DNA of 64,000 nt from an uncultured Holophagales bacterium (GCA_963842525.1 CAWJGT010000021.1:1-64000), one strand, 5' to 3'; positions 40,110 through 50,361 are shown, counted from the stretch's first letter. Translations and numbers: made by a program. The notes: generated by a model not told the origin, from the sequence alone.

Positions 40110-40580
40110 CCTCAGCAGGACGTCGCGGTCGATGTCTCCATAGGCGGCCAGGCCCGGCTCGCGCGGGCCGGTGAGCCCTTCGCCGTCCGACTCCGCCGTG
40201 GCGCCGTCCAGCCGGCACGGGCGGACGCTCGCGGCGCGCTCGGGGCTCTCGCCGGAGAGCCAGGCCACGAGGGAGGCCCCGGCCACCGGCTTGCCGTCCG
40301 GATCCAGAACCCGGCCGGCGATCCGGGCGGCGGGCTGGAGCATGGAGCGTACGGTCTACGACCAGCCCGGCCGCATCGTGCCCTGGCGCGCCTCCGGCTA
40401 CATGAAGCGCAAGGACGGATTCGAGAACGCCCCCTATCTGAGCATGGACCTTCTGTGGGCCGCCGGGGCCTTGATGTCCACGGTGGACGACCTGGCGCGG
40501 ACCTACCTGAGCGGTGGGACGCTCCGGACGGCAGCGGCCCCAGCCGCGGTGCCACGCCTCACGAAGCAAGAGGTGCTGCC
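40110..40580. pseudogene. Mosaic of gene fragments (carboxypeptidase-regulatory-like on minus, serine hydrolase/beta-lactamase on plus)
   Basis: Minus: IAGRVLDPDGKPVAGA (about 40178-40343). Plus: RASGY...NAPYLSM...AAGALMSTVDDLAR (about 40335-40500). Confidence 0.55.
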
Positions 40581-40589
40581 CCGGGGAAC

Positions 40590-41145
40590 CGAGCCGCTGG
40601 CCGCGAGCCCCGAGGCGTTGACCGTGGGCAACGGGTCCAGGACCGCGAGCCGAGCCCTGCCGATCGGGAGCCGCGAGCCGGTGACCCGGGGCGGCGAGCC
40701 GGCGACCGCGCGCCATGAGCCAGAGACCGGGAGCCGAGAGACGCTGACACGGAGGCGAGCGACACCGGCCTATGTGAACGAGCCGGTGGCAGCGAGCGGC
40801 GAGCCGGTGACCTGGAGCGGGGAGCCGTGGACCGCTGTCACGGAGATGCTGACCGCTGTCACGGAGACGCTGACCTGTGCCTGCGTGCTGGCGGCCTGGC
40901 TCAAGGAGCCGCCGAGCTGTGTCGCTGGGCCGTTACCCCATGTCGCGGGGACGCCGACCCAGGCCGCCGAGTCTTTGACCTATGTCGCCGGGCCGTTGAT
41001 CGCTGTCGCTGGGATGTCGCTCCATGCCGCTGGGGCGTTGACCTATATTGCGGTGTCGTTGACCGTTGTCGCTGGGCCGTTGCCCTGGATTCCTGGCCCG
41101 TTGACCGATGTCAGCGAGGCTCGGATCCAGGTCAGCGCGCCGTGA
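40590..41145. repeat. 21-nt periodic degenerate tandem tract (~26 units)
   Basis: GAGCCG/GGGCCG-like cores every 21 nt; translates as heptads EPLAASP/EPVTRGG/GPLIAVA. Confidence 0.75.
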
Positions 41146-41210
41146 ATCGTGGTCGCCGGGGCACCACCCCGGAACGACGAAGCGGTCAAGGCAGACATCG
41201 CGGCTCCGGA

Positions 41211-41311
41211 CCCCGGCGATGAATCGCCGGGCTAGCAACAGCGCCCCATGAATGGGGCTTGAAGCCGGGTTCACCCGGCGCTGTTCCTAGCCCGGGCATT
41301 CATGCCCGGGC
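41211..41311. repeat. REP-like doublet
   Basis: Reverse complement of 10859-10913 followed by a second, inverted set of hairpins. Confidence 0.8.
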
Positions 41312-41334
41312 GGCAGGACGGCTAGACGAGCCAT

Positions 41335-41961
41335 TCACCGTCCAACCCGAAAGCTCCGCGCCGCCCCCTCCTCTCCAACGACGGTCCAGTAGTACTCGAC
41401 CCCCGGCCGGAGCTTCCGTCGCTCCTCTTCCGGGAAGGCGACTTTTCCGTCCACCGCGGGCGGGCTCGTCCAGACGTAGCTCTGGGCGGCGTCGTAGACG
41501 GTGATCCGCCGGGCCTCGCCTCCCAGGTCCGGGAAGACGAATTCCGCCGGGACTGCCTCGAGGGTCCCCTCAGGACTCCAGGTGCCGACGACAGGACCGC
41601 CGTTCCGGGTCACATCGTCCGGCGGCTGGACGTCTTGCCGGACCGCTATCCAGAAACCGAGGCCGATCACGCAGAGCGCGAGCACGGCGGCCAGAGCGAG
41701 GACCGGATTGCGCTGTGGCGGACGGCGGACCGCGGGCGGTCCGCCGAAGCGGGCCCAGGCGGTCTGGATGTCGCGCGCCGCCATCGGCTCCGGAGCGTCG
41801 AACGCCTCCTGGCGCAAGATCTCCTCCGAGCAGGCCGCGCAGACCGCGGCATGGGCGAGGTGCTGCTCCGCCTCGTCGGTGCGCGGACCGCTGCGCGCCT
41901 CATAGAGCTGCTCCGGGGTCGGATGGGGACCCGGAGCCCGCGCGGGGATCGGATCGTTCAT
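41335..41961 (-). CDS. Zinc-binding anti-sigma factor (ZAS) with TM helix and small extracytoplasmic domain
   Basis: H...HAAVCAAC (HxxxCxxC) motif, TM segment and ATGA overlap with the ECF stop. Confidence 0.78.
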   Translation of the reverse strand: MNDPIPARAPGPHPTPEQLYEARSGPRTDEAEQHLAHAAVCAACSEEILRQEAFDAPEPMAARDIQTAWARFGGPPAVRRPPQRNPVLALAAVLALCVIGLGFWIAVRQDVQPPDDVTRNGGPVVGTWSPEGTLEAVPAEFVFPDLGGEARRITVYDAAQSYVWTSPPAVDGKVAFPEEERRKLRPGVEYYWTVVGEEGAARSFRVGR

Positions 41962-42485
41962 GTCTCCTCCTCCAACAAGCCCCTCAAACGCCGCCGCGCA
42001 TTCCAGATCTGGACCTTGACCGTGGGGAGGGACAGCCCGAGCCTCCGGGCGACCTCGCCGTAGGGCAGCTCCTGCTGGACGTGGAGCAGGAGGCAGGTCC
42101 GCATGCGGGCCGGCAGCTTCGACATTGCTGCGATCGTGCGTTGCAGATCCTGCCGGTCCGTGGCCCGGTCGGCCGCCGAGGGGCCTTCGGCGGGGAGGGT
42201 CTCCTCGATCGGCTCCATCTCCCCGCTCCGACCCCGGCGGCGCCACTCGTCCCGCGCCACGTTCCGGGCGATGGAGTAGATCCACGGGGCGAGCCCGCCT
42301 CCCCCCCGGAATTGCTCCATGGACTTATAGACGTTCCAGAGCGTCGTTTGACTTAGATCCTCGGCATCGGCCGGCTGGAACCCGCAGGACTTGAAGAAGC
42401 TCCGCAGCCGCGGGAAGAACTCCACGAACAGGTCGTGGAAGTCCTCCCGCCCGGACTGCGGACCCGTTGGGGATGAGGAGAGCAT
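41958..42485 (-). CDS. ECF sigma-70 factor
   Basis: DAEDLSQ, WIYSIARN and region 4 YGEVARRLGLSLPTVKVQIWNARRRL. Confidence 0.9.
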   Translation of the reverse strand: MLSSSPTGPQSGREDFHDLFVEFFPRLRSFFKSCGFQPADAEDLSQTTLWNVYKSMEQFRGGGGLAPWIYSIARNVARDEWRRRGRSGEMEPIEETLPAEGPSAADRATDRQDLQRTIAAMSKLPARMRTCLLLHVQQELPYGEVARRLGLSLPTVKVQIWNARRRLRGLLEEET

Positions 42486-42538
42486 CGCACCCTCATCTGA
42501 GCCCAACCCTGGCTGGCGTGTCAACGGGCGGGAGAGAC

Positions 42539-42564
42539 TAATACCACCGCGCCCTTCCTTCGTC
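42539..42564 (+). promoter_or_regulatory. Candidate ECF promoter
   Basis: TAATAC-N16-CGTC about 40 bp upstream of the ATG at 42603, resembling the ECF AAC-N16-CGT pattern. Confidence 0.4.
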
Positions 42565-42602
42565 TTCCCTGGTGAATCACATCGATCGACTGCACAGGGA
42601 GG

Positions 42603-44465
42603 ATGAAAATGCGAGATCTGAGAAAGTCTGTGATCAGGGGCGCCGCGCTGGCCGTGGCCCTCACCTGGACGTCCGCCGCCTCGGCCGATCCTCAGATCGG
42701 GCTGAACCTGCCGTTGGCGGGCGGCGTCCCGTCCACCCAGGACGAGACGTCCGTCGCGGTCAACCCGAACAATCCGCTGCAACTCGTGGCCGCGGCGGTC
42801 ACCTACTTCGTGGAGAACAAGAAGGGGTGCGTCTCCCCGGCCGATACCGGGGAATACATCAATAGCAGCACTGTGGCGCTTTATGGATCGAAGGACGGTG
42901 GCGCAACCTGGGAATACCATTGCGCCCCCTGGCCTTCTGCGGTGGCCGGCGGTCTGGAGGGTGCGGACGAGTGGTACGGCGACGATCCGTCCGTGGCCTG
43001 GGACGCCGAAGGCAACGCCTATGCCGCCTACATGCTCCTTTCCTGGCCGTACGGCGAGACGCTCCATCTGTCGTCTGCGATCGCCGTCGCCCGGACGACC
43101 GACGCCGGAACCAAGTGGACCACGTGGAGCGTCGTGGCCAACGACATCACGAAGCTCCACCCCTTTCATGAAAAGCCGAAGATCGCCGTCGACACCTCTA
43201 CCGAGGGCCGCTCCTCGCACCCGAGCCGCGTCTACGTCACCTGGAGCCGGGACCTCACCCAGCAGGTGGCCTGGTCGGACGACGGAACGACCTGGAAGCA
43301 GAAGTCCTTCAACTTTCCCTCAGGGGATCATCACGGCGGCAACGTTGCGGTCGGGCCTGACGGCGCCGTCTATGTGATCTGGAACAAGATCCATCCGGTC
43401 GACGAGCTGTGGCAGCCCAAGGCGTACGACACGGTCTGGCTCAGCAAATCGGTCGACGGCGGCGACACCTGGTCGGAGCCGGTGCAGATCCTCTCCCTCA
43501 ACCGCGGCTCGCTGGACGCCTACTACCTGCCCCCGGCGCAGGACAATTGGTGGGTCAATTCCTACCCTTCGATCGACATCCAGCGCAATCCCGAGTCGCC
43601 TTACTACAACCGGATCCATCTCGCCTGGACCGACCGGACGACCTGCGTGCCCTACCAGCCCTACCCCTGTGGCTCCTATGACATCTACAGCAGCTATTCG
43701 GCGGACGGCGGCGCCACCTGGTCCCCGCGCCTCCGTGTCAACGACAACGCCGACGAGGCCTACCACTTCCTCCCGTGGCTGGCGGTCGACCAGAGCGACG
43801 GCGCGGTCCATGTCGCCTGGTATGACACACGCCTCGATCCAGAGACCCATGAGCCGACGCAGGTCTACACGTCGCGCTCGGCCGACGGTGGCGACTCCTT
43901 CGGAAGAGACCTCTGCCTGACGGACGGCGGCTCTACGTTCCAAAACCACATCAATTACAGCAACCTGAACCACAAGACCAATGACGACACCCCCTCGGCG
44001 ACCCAGTACGGCGACTATCTCGGGGTCGCCGCGTTCAATCGCAAGATGATCGCGGTCTGGACGGACAGCCGGCAGTTCTTCGACCAGGTTTACACCGACC
44101 TGCTCGAAGACGCCGCGGTGGGATCTGCCACCTACTGCTCACGCCCGAAGTGGGCTCCCGGCCCGGTGCCGGAGGTTCAGAGCCCCGCGAGCGGCTCGAT
44201 CCAAATCACCCTGCCGCAGCTCCTGAGCTGGGGCACCAATGCGACGGGAGGAACCACAGACCTCCTGCGCTACAGCGGTGCAGACTGCACAGGCGTTCCG
44301 GTGGAGATCCAGGTGCCCGGCGGCGCGCTCCAGGCAACGGACGCCCCTCCCATCGCGGGGACGTACTCCTACCAGGTCCGGGTGCGCAACGACTGCCCGG
44401 GCACCGAGCTGACGCCGATGTCGAGCCTCTCCGTGTGCTCCACGCCGGTGATCTTCGTGCCCTGA
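42603..44465 (+). CDS. Secreted BNR/Asp-box (sialidase-like) beta-propeller protein
   Basis: Signal peptide, repeated SxDGGxTW boxes and the GDYLG motif. Confidence 0.85.
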   Translation: MKMRDLRKSVIRGAALAVALTWTSAASADPQIGLNLPLAGGVPSTQDETSVAVNPNNPLQLVAAAVTYFVENKKGCVSPADTGEYINSSTVALYGSKDGGATWEYHCAPWPSAVAGGLEGADEWYGDDPSVAWDAEGNAYAAYMLLSWPYGETLHLSSAIAVARTTDAGTKWTTWSVVANDITKLHPFHEKPKIAVDTSTEGRSSHPSRVYVTWSRDLTQQVAWSDDGTTWKQKSFNFPSGDHHGGNVAVGPDGAVYVIWNKIHPVDELWQPKAYDTVWLSKSVDGGDTWSEPVQILSLNRGSLDAYYLPPAQDNWWVNSYPSIDIQRNPESPYYNRIHLAWTDRTTCVPYQPYPCGSYDIYSSYSADGGATWSPRLRVNDNADEAYHFLPWLAVDQSDGAVHVAWYDTRLDPETHEPTQVYTSRSADGGDSFGRDLCLTDGGSTFQNHINYSNLNHKTNDDTPSATQYGDYLGVAAFNRKMIAVWTDSRQFFDQVYTDLLEDAAVGSATYCSRPKWAPGPVPEVQSPASGSIQITLPQLLSWGTNATGGTTDLLRYSGADCTGVPVEIQVPGGALQATDAPPIAGTYSYQVRVRNDCPGTELTPMSSLSVCSTPVIFVP

Positions 44466-44467
44466 TC

Positions 44468-47400
44468 CTATCGGCCGTCCCCGATCAGCTCGAAGGCCGC
44501 CCAGTGGTAGGGGTGGGCGACCTTCGGGTCCCCGTTGTGCAACAGCTCGCGCTGGGCCTGCTGGAGGGCGCCGTCCTTCGGCTGGCCGGCGCGCAGCCGT
44601 GTGTAGAAGCGCCGCATCAGCTCCGCGGTCGAACGGTCCGAGACGGACCACAGCGAGGCGAGGATCGAGCGCGCCCCGGCATACTGAAAGGCGCGGGTCA
44701 GGCCGATCAGCCCCTCGCCCGCGGCATCGCGCCCGAGGCCGGTCTCGCAGGCGGAGAGGGTGACCAGGTCGGCGTCGATGCGCAGCCGCTCGAAGATCTC
44801 CCATGCCTGGAGCAACCCGTTGTCGTCCTGGTCGGCCCCGCCGGGGATGGACAGGGCGAGGGCGGAGTCGAGCGGGAAGCGGTGGTCGAGAAGGGCATGA
44901 GCGGCAAAGTGAACGATGCGCGGCCTGGCCGGAAGGTGCTTGGCCCGCGCCTCGGTTGCCGCCGAGCCCAGATAGGCGACGGCGTTCGACCCGTACAGGG
45001 AGGTCAGGCTGCCGGCCTCCTCGCGGGACGCGGGGAGTGGGGGCAGGCCCCGGCGGTAGCGGGCCAGCGGCGACGCCAGGGGATCTGACGACGCGCCCGC
45101 GGCCGGCCGGTATCGCGGGTCCGCGAACGCTACCACCTCCGGGCCGGGCTCTGCAGGGCTGGATCGCTTCAGCTCCGCGTAGAGAGTCGCCGAGAGCACG
45201 CTGTGGAGGGGTTTCCACTCGGTCAGGAAAACGGGAGAGCTCCCAGGCCGGACGAGCGCCGCGAACGGCAGCGTCTGGAGCGGCCCGTCCGGAGAGATCA
45301 GCACCCGCCGGGAGCGGCCGATCCAGGGCACGGCCGGAGCGATCAGGAGATCCCAGAGCCGCCGGCCCTGAGCGAGCAGGGCCGGCTCGACCTCGGGGCT
45401 CTCGGTTCCGCGCAGGATCAGGCTGCGGAAGATGGAGACCTGCCGTTCAATCTCCTCTTCGCCGGCCGGCCGGCGGAAGACCTGGACCTCTTGGTCGGGG
45501 GTGACGACGAAGAGGAATGTGTCCTCCTCGGTGACGCAGTAGGAGAGCCAGACGGTCCCCGGGTCCAGGGCACGGCGGATGCCTTCGAGGTCGAGCGGCC
45601 GGGGATCGCGCAGGGATGCGTAATGGGGAGATGCCTTGGCGATCCGGCCCGCCAGGACGGATCGCTCGTTGCGCAGCCGGGTCAGGCGGGCGAGCAGGGC
45701 CTCGAGGTCTTTCGTCTGGCGCGGATCGGCGTCGACGATCTCGTCCTGCGTCGTCTCGTAGTCGCCGTCGAGCCGCTGCTGCTGCTCGAGGAGTTGCACC
45801 GGGACATCGGTGCTGAAGACGAGGTCGCGCTCGGCGAGCATGGTAAGGAGAGAGCGTGCCCGCGAGCGCTCCAGGGTGTGCAGGGCTGCGGCTGGATTCC
45901 CCTGCTCGATCTGAAGCCGTATCAGATCCTTGTAGATCGAATCGTTCTTTGCCTGGAAGCTCGACCGCGACTCGTCCGAGCCGCCGAGGCGGCCGATCTG
46001 TGCCTCCAGGGCCTCGATCGCCTCGATGAGAAGGGGCTCGCTCTCGGCGGCACGTCCCGATTTCCAAAGGGCGACGCCGAGGTAATTGAGCGTCTCGGCC
46101 TCGCCCTGGCTTTTGGGGGCGATCCGGCGGAAGATCGCGAGCGCCTGCTGCAAGTAAGGCTCGGCCTCCGCATGCCTACCGGACCGGAAGGCGGCGTCTC
46201 CCAGGAATTGCAGGACCTGCCCTTCATGAAGCGTTCCCGGCGCCGCCTGGCGCTGTATTGTGAGCGCCTCCCCGGCGAGGCGCCTGGCGGCGGCGCGATC
46301 GCCGCGATCCCAGGCAATCCTCCCCAGCATCGACAGGCTGACCGAGACGTCGGTGCTGACCGGAGAGAGCTGTCTGCGCAGGGCCAGGGCCTGGCGGGCG
46401 AAGCGTTCCGCCTCGTCGAGGCGCTTCCACTCCAGGGAGATGAAGGCGAGATTGCTCAGGGTCTTCGCCTCCTCGGCCGACCCTGGAACCTGCTCGCGCT
46501 GGATTGCCAGGGCGCGCCGGAACAGCGCGTCGGCCTCGGCATACTGGGAGCGCTCGCGCGCCAGGAGCCCCAGCCCCGCGAGGGTGACTGCGACCTGGCG
46601 GCCGTCCGGCGCGATCTTCTCGAACCGGCGCAGGGCATCCCGCAGGTAGTCCTCGGCGAGCGCATAATCGCCGCGGTCCGTGGCGAGCGCCCCCAGATTG
46701 GCGAAGGTGCGGGCGATTTCGGAGCTTCTCGGGGTCGAGCTTCTGCCAGAGGCGCACCGACTCCCTGAAATAGCGCTCTGCGGCCCTCGTGTCGCCGGTG
46801 GCGCGGGAGACGAGGCCCAGGTTGTTGAGCACGAGCGCCTCGTCGGTGCTGCCGGGAAACCGCTTCCGGATCAGACCCAACGCCTGCTCGTAGAGGCGCC
46901 GGGCCGCGGCCAGATCATCCCGGTACCAGGCGTTGGTGGCGAGGTTGTTGAGGGTCGAGGCCTCGGCGAGGCTCCCGGGAGCGAGCTGCGACCGCAGGCG
47001 CAACGCCTGGCGGAGGGCCTTCTCGGAGGCGTCGATCTCGCCCCGCGACTGCTCGAGCCAGCCGATCGAGAGCCAGATGGACGCCTCGGACAGGCTTTCC
47101 GGAACGAGCTCCTGGCGCATCCGCAGCGTGGTGCGGAAAGCCTTTTCCGCCGCCGGGAAGTCGTCCTGGATCATGGAGGCGACCCCGCGCTGCTGGAGGA
47201 TGTGGGCCAGGAAGAGCTTGCGGCCGTGGCGCCCGGCCTGCCGCGCCGCCTCCTCATAGGCGGCGTGCGCCTCGGGCCAGCGGCGCTCCTTGGCAAGGCT
47301 CTGCCCCCGCGCGAGCGCCACGCACTCCTCCTCCCCGGGACCGAGCGGGCGGACCGCGAATTCCCATTCCCCCGGGGGCATCTCGACCGTCAGGGCCTCC

Positions 47401-47723
47401 TTGCCGCGGACGAGGCGCAGCTCGACGGGTCCGCGAGCCGCCTGCTCGACCTCGATCGCCGGGAATTCCGTACAGGAACGGATCGGGCCGCCCGCTTCCT
47501 CGGGATGGGCCGGCGGCGCGGCCTTGCGCCGCCAGGAGAGGACGAGGTCCCCCGGGCGCAGACCGGCCCGCGCACCCGCTCCATTGGGTGTGACCGTCTC
47601 CACGGCGATCGCCGCCGGCCGGTCCGGCTCGCGGGAATTGCAGGACCAGGCCGTCAGGGCGAGAGACAGGGACAGAGCGGCCCTTATGGCGCCGGTGGGC
47701 GACCTCCAGAAAGAGTGGGGCAT
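44468..47723 (-). CDS. Exported PDZ-TPR-CHAT protease, frameshift near 46726
   Basis: Lipobox-like TAWSC, PDZ-like GARAGLRPGDLV, TPRs, and an intact CHAT dyad HFAAHA / LSACETG. An extra base follows DPE. Confidence 0.88.
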
Positions 47724-47762
47724 ATGGCAACAGTGTAGCGAATCAGGTGGAACGTGGCGGCC

Positions 47763-49745
47763 TTACCGCGCGTACCCCAGCGACCGCAGCCGTTCGAGCG
47801 TGTAGGAATCGAGATCGGCTTCCTCTCCGTCCCGGAGGCGCAGGACCTGGCGCGCGCGGCGGCCCTGCGCAGCGAAACCGGCGAGAAGTCTCCTCCCTGT
47901 CGCGATCTCGCCCTGCGCGAACGGCGCCAGATCGATCCGCTCGCCAGGATCGCGCTGCAGGTCGTAGAGCTCCTCGCGGCCGGTCATCTCCCAGCGGATG
48001 TACTTGAAACGGCCGAAGCGGACCGCCTGGCGGTCCTCGAAGCGGTTGAGGCCGAGGCTGACGAGGGGGGCGGGCGCGGGCGAGTTTCCCTGGAGGTGGG
48101 GGAGTAGCGAGGGCTCGGCCGGGTAGCCGGACGGCAGCGGCAGGCCGCAGAGGCCGAGCACGGTCGGCATCACGCTCGCCGTCGAGACGGGGAGGTCGAC
48201 CGCGCCGGTCCGGACCGAGCGGGGCAGCTTCAGGAGCAGCGGCACGTGGAGGAGCTCGTCATAGAGCGTGTGGCCGTGCCCGTAGGCGTCGTGCTCCCAG
48301 AATTCCTCGCCATGGTCGGAGAGGATGACGAGCAGCGTGTCCTCATAGAGGCCCAGCCGCTTCAGCTCGGCCACGAGCCGGCCGGCGAAGTCGTCGGCAT
48401 AGCGCACCTCCCCCAGATAGAGCTGCCGGATCCACTCGCGCTCGGCAGGTGTAGGCACCCAGGTCCCGTCCCGGATCGCCTCCTCGTCCCACCCCTCGAA
48501 GCGCCACCAGCCGCCCGCAGGCGGTTGCCTCCCCGCCAGGTAGAGCCGTGGCGGTCCATACGGGGCATGGGGATCGAAGACGTGGACCCACAGGAAGAAG
48601 TCCTCGTCCCTGTGAGCCTGGAGCCAGCCGGCTGCATGCTCCGCCAGGTCCGGCGGCGGAGCCTCGTCCGGCCGAAAGCGGTCGACGTGGCGCCGGAGGA
48701 GACCGGCCCCAAAGGAGCGGCCGAGCCAGGGACCCGGGAAATGGCGGTACTCCTCGAATCCCTGATCGAGGCGCACGGCCGGGCCGAGGACGGTGCTCGA
48801 GACCAGGGCCGCCGTCCGATAACCCGACCGGCGCAGAACCTCGGCCAGGGTGACCAGCTCGTCCGGCACCCGGCTGCGGCTGTGGAGGGCCTGGTGGACC
48901 TGCGGCGCCACCCCGGTCATCACCGAGGCCATGGAGGGCAGCGTCCACGGTGCGGGAGAATAGGCCCGCCGAAAGACCACCGAGCCGCCCGCCAGCCCGT
49001 GCAGGCTCGGTGTATGTGCCGCCGACACCGCATCGGCCCGCAGGGTGTCGATGCTGAGCACGACCACCCGCGGGACCGCGTGCCTCCGCCGGGATGCCCT
49101 CAGTACAGAACCGTCCTCCGAAGCCCAGGCGGCCAGCCAGGGTCCGGCGAGCGCGAGCACCGCGGCGCCGGCCAGCCAGGGCCGAGGGGAGAGGGGAGGG
49201 CGAAGCCGGACCAGGAGGACGATCGTCAGCACGGCCACGACGGCCAACCCGACCGCGGCGGCTGCGGGGGAGAGGCGATAGCGGCCGAGCCAGAGGGCCA
49301 GGAGAAGCTCGGCGCTGAGGAGGGGGGCGGCGAGGAGGACCTCACCCCCTGTCCCCCTCTCCCATCTCCCACCCACCCATCCCCGGGAGAGGGGGGACGT
49401 CGTTGATGCCTGTGTGGCGAGCTCGCGGAAAGGCTCCGCCTGCGTCCCCCCTCTCCCGGCGGGGGGTGGAAGGGAGATGGGAGAGGGGGACAGGGGGTGA
49501 GGTCTCCGGCCGAGCCGCACCACCACCGCCCCAATCAGACACACCACCAACACCATCCCCACCGTCACCCCCACCGCCCACACCACATGGACCCCGGACC
49601 TGAGCCCCCCAGGCGCCTCCTTCCAGAGGCTCCACGCCACGTCCAGGCAGCCGGCCGTGAGAGCCAGGCTGAGGCCGGCCGTCACGGCCCAACCGGGGAG
49701 AGCCAGGCGGCGGCGAGGAGGGTCGGCGGGACGGGTCGCGCTCAT
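47763..49745 (-). CDS. Membrane-anchored sulfatase-like protein with in-frame REP insertion
   Basis: TM N-terminus; SIDTLRAD, WTLPSMAS, DPHAPY and SDHGEE motifs. Confidence 0.88.
   Translation of the reverse strand: MSATRPADPPRRRLALPGWAVTAGLSLALTAGCLDVAWSLWKEAPGGLRSGVHVVWAVGVTVGMVLVVCLIGAVVVRLGRRPHPLSPSPISLPPPAGRGGTQAEPFRELATQASTTSPLSRGWVGGRWERGTGGEVLLAAPLLSAELLLALWLGRYRLSPAAAAVGLAVVAVLTIVLLVRLRPPLSPRPWLAGAAVLALAGPWLAAWASEDGSVLRASRRRHAVPRVVVLSIDTLRADAVSAAHTPSLHGLAGGSVVFRRAYSPAPWTLPSMASVMTGVAPQVHQALHSRSRVPDELVTLAEVLRRSGYRTAALVSSTVLGPAVRLDQGFEEYRHFPGPWLGRSFGAGLLRRHVDRFRPDEAPPPDLAEHAAGWLQAHRDEDFFLWVHVFDPHAPYGPPRLYLAGRQPPAGGWWRFEGWDEEAIRDGTWVPTPAEREWIRQLYLGEVRYADDFAGRLVAELKRLGLYEDTLLVILSDHGEEFWEHDAYGHGHTLYDELLHVPLLLKLPRSVRTGAVDLPVSTASVMPTVLGLCGLPLPSGYPAEPSLLPHLQGNSPAPAPLVSLGLNRFEDRQAVRFGRFKYIRWEMTGREELYDLQRDPGERIDLAPFAQGEIATGRRLLAGFAAQGRRARQVLRLRDGEEADLDSYTLERLRSLGYAR
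49339..49503. repeat. REP doublet inside coding sequence
   Basis: CCTCACCCCCTGTCCCCCTCTCCCATC...GATGGGAGAGGGGGACAGGGGGTGAGG, same family as 8119 and 9135. Confidence 0.85.
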
Positions 49746-49758
49746 GCGCGTCTAGAAT

Positions 49759-50361
49759 ATGCCCATGAAGACCCTCGTTTCGATCCGTTCGACCCTCCCG
49801 ACCCTCCTCCTTGCAGCAGTCCTGGCCGGCTGTGCCGGCACCACCGGCCCCCGCGCCGGAGCCGCCGCCGGGCGCGCCCCCGACGTCGAGCAGGCAGCCC
49901 TCCGCAACGACGTCCACCTCGCCCTGCTGGACAAATTCGGCTCGGAAGCCCTGGGCATCGCCGTCAAGGTCGACGGCGACCGCGCCTTACTGAGCGGCGA
50001 GGTGCCCAGCCGTTCGACCCAGGAGCTGGCCGAAGAGGTCGCCCTCTCGGTCCGTGGCATCCGTCGCGTCGACAACCTCCTCACCGTGGACGCGGATGCG
50101 AGCAACCTGGCGACGCCGGCCGGCCGGGCGGTCGACAACGCCGACTCCGAGGTCCGCGATGCCGCCCTGGAGATGCGGGTGGGCCAGCGGCTGCTCTCGG
50201 AGATCGGCCGCTACGCGTTGGATCTGGAGATCGAGGTGACTGACGGCGTCGTCAGCCTGCGCGGGAAGGTGCCGGACGACGAACGCCGGCGTCTCGCTCT
50301 CGCCACTGCGGAGAAGACGCCGGGCGTCAAGCAGGTCATCAATTTACTGCAAGTGCAGTAG
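49759..50361 (+). CDS. BON domain lipoprotein (two BON domains)
   Basis: Lipobox LAGC; LSGEVP...GIRRVDNLL and LRGKVP...GVKQVINLL. Confidence 0.88.
   Translation: MPMKTLVSIRSTLPTLLLAAVLAGCAGTTGPRAGAAAGRAPDVEQAALRNDVHLALLDKFGSEALGIAVKVDGDRALLSGEVPSRSTQELAEEVALSVRGIRRVDNLLTVDADASNLATPAGRAVDNADSEVRDAALEMRVGQRLLSEIGRYALDLEIEVTDGVVSLRGKVPDDERRRLALATAEKTPGVKQVINLLQVQ

Larger units (their letters stand above)
39385..40110 (+). repeat. ~720-bp diverged direct duplicate of 33078-33799
   Basis: Contains the kinase 3' end, peptide gene, sigma54 promoter and both palindromes, with scattered substitutions and indels. Confidence 0.92.

Noticed and set aside
40171-41145. Genuine 324-aa protein
   Set aside because: It stitches gene fragments to a 21-nt repeat tract and has no clear RBS or coherent domain.
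44468-47723. Craspase / type III-E CRISPR locus
   Set aside because: No Cas7-11 or array is present, and the CHAT appears to be exported.
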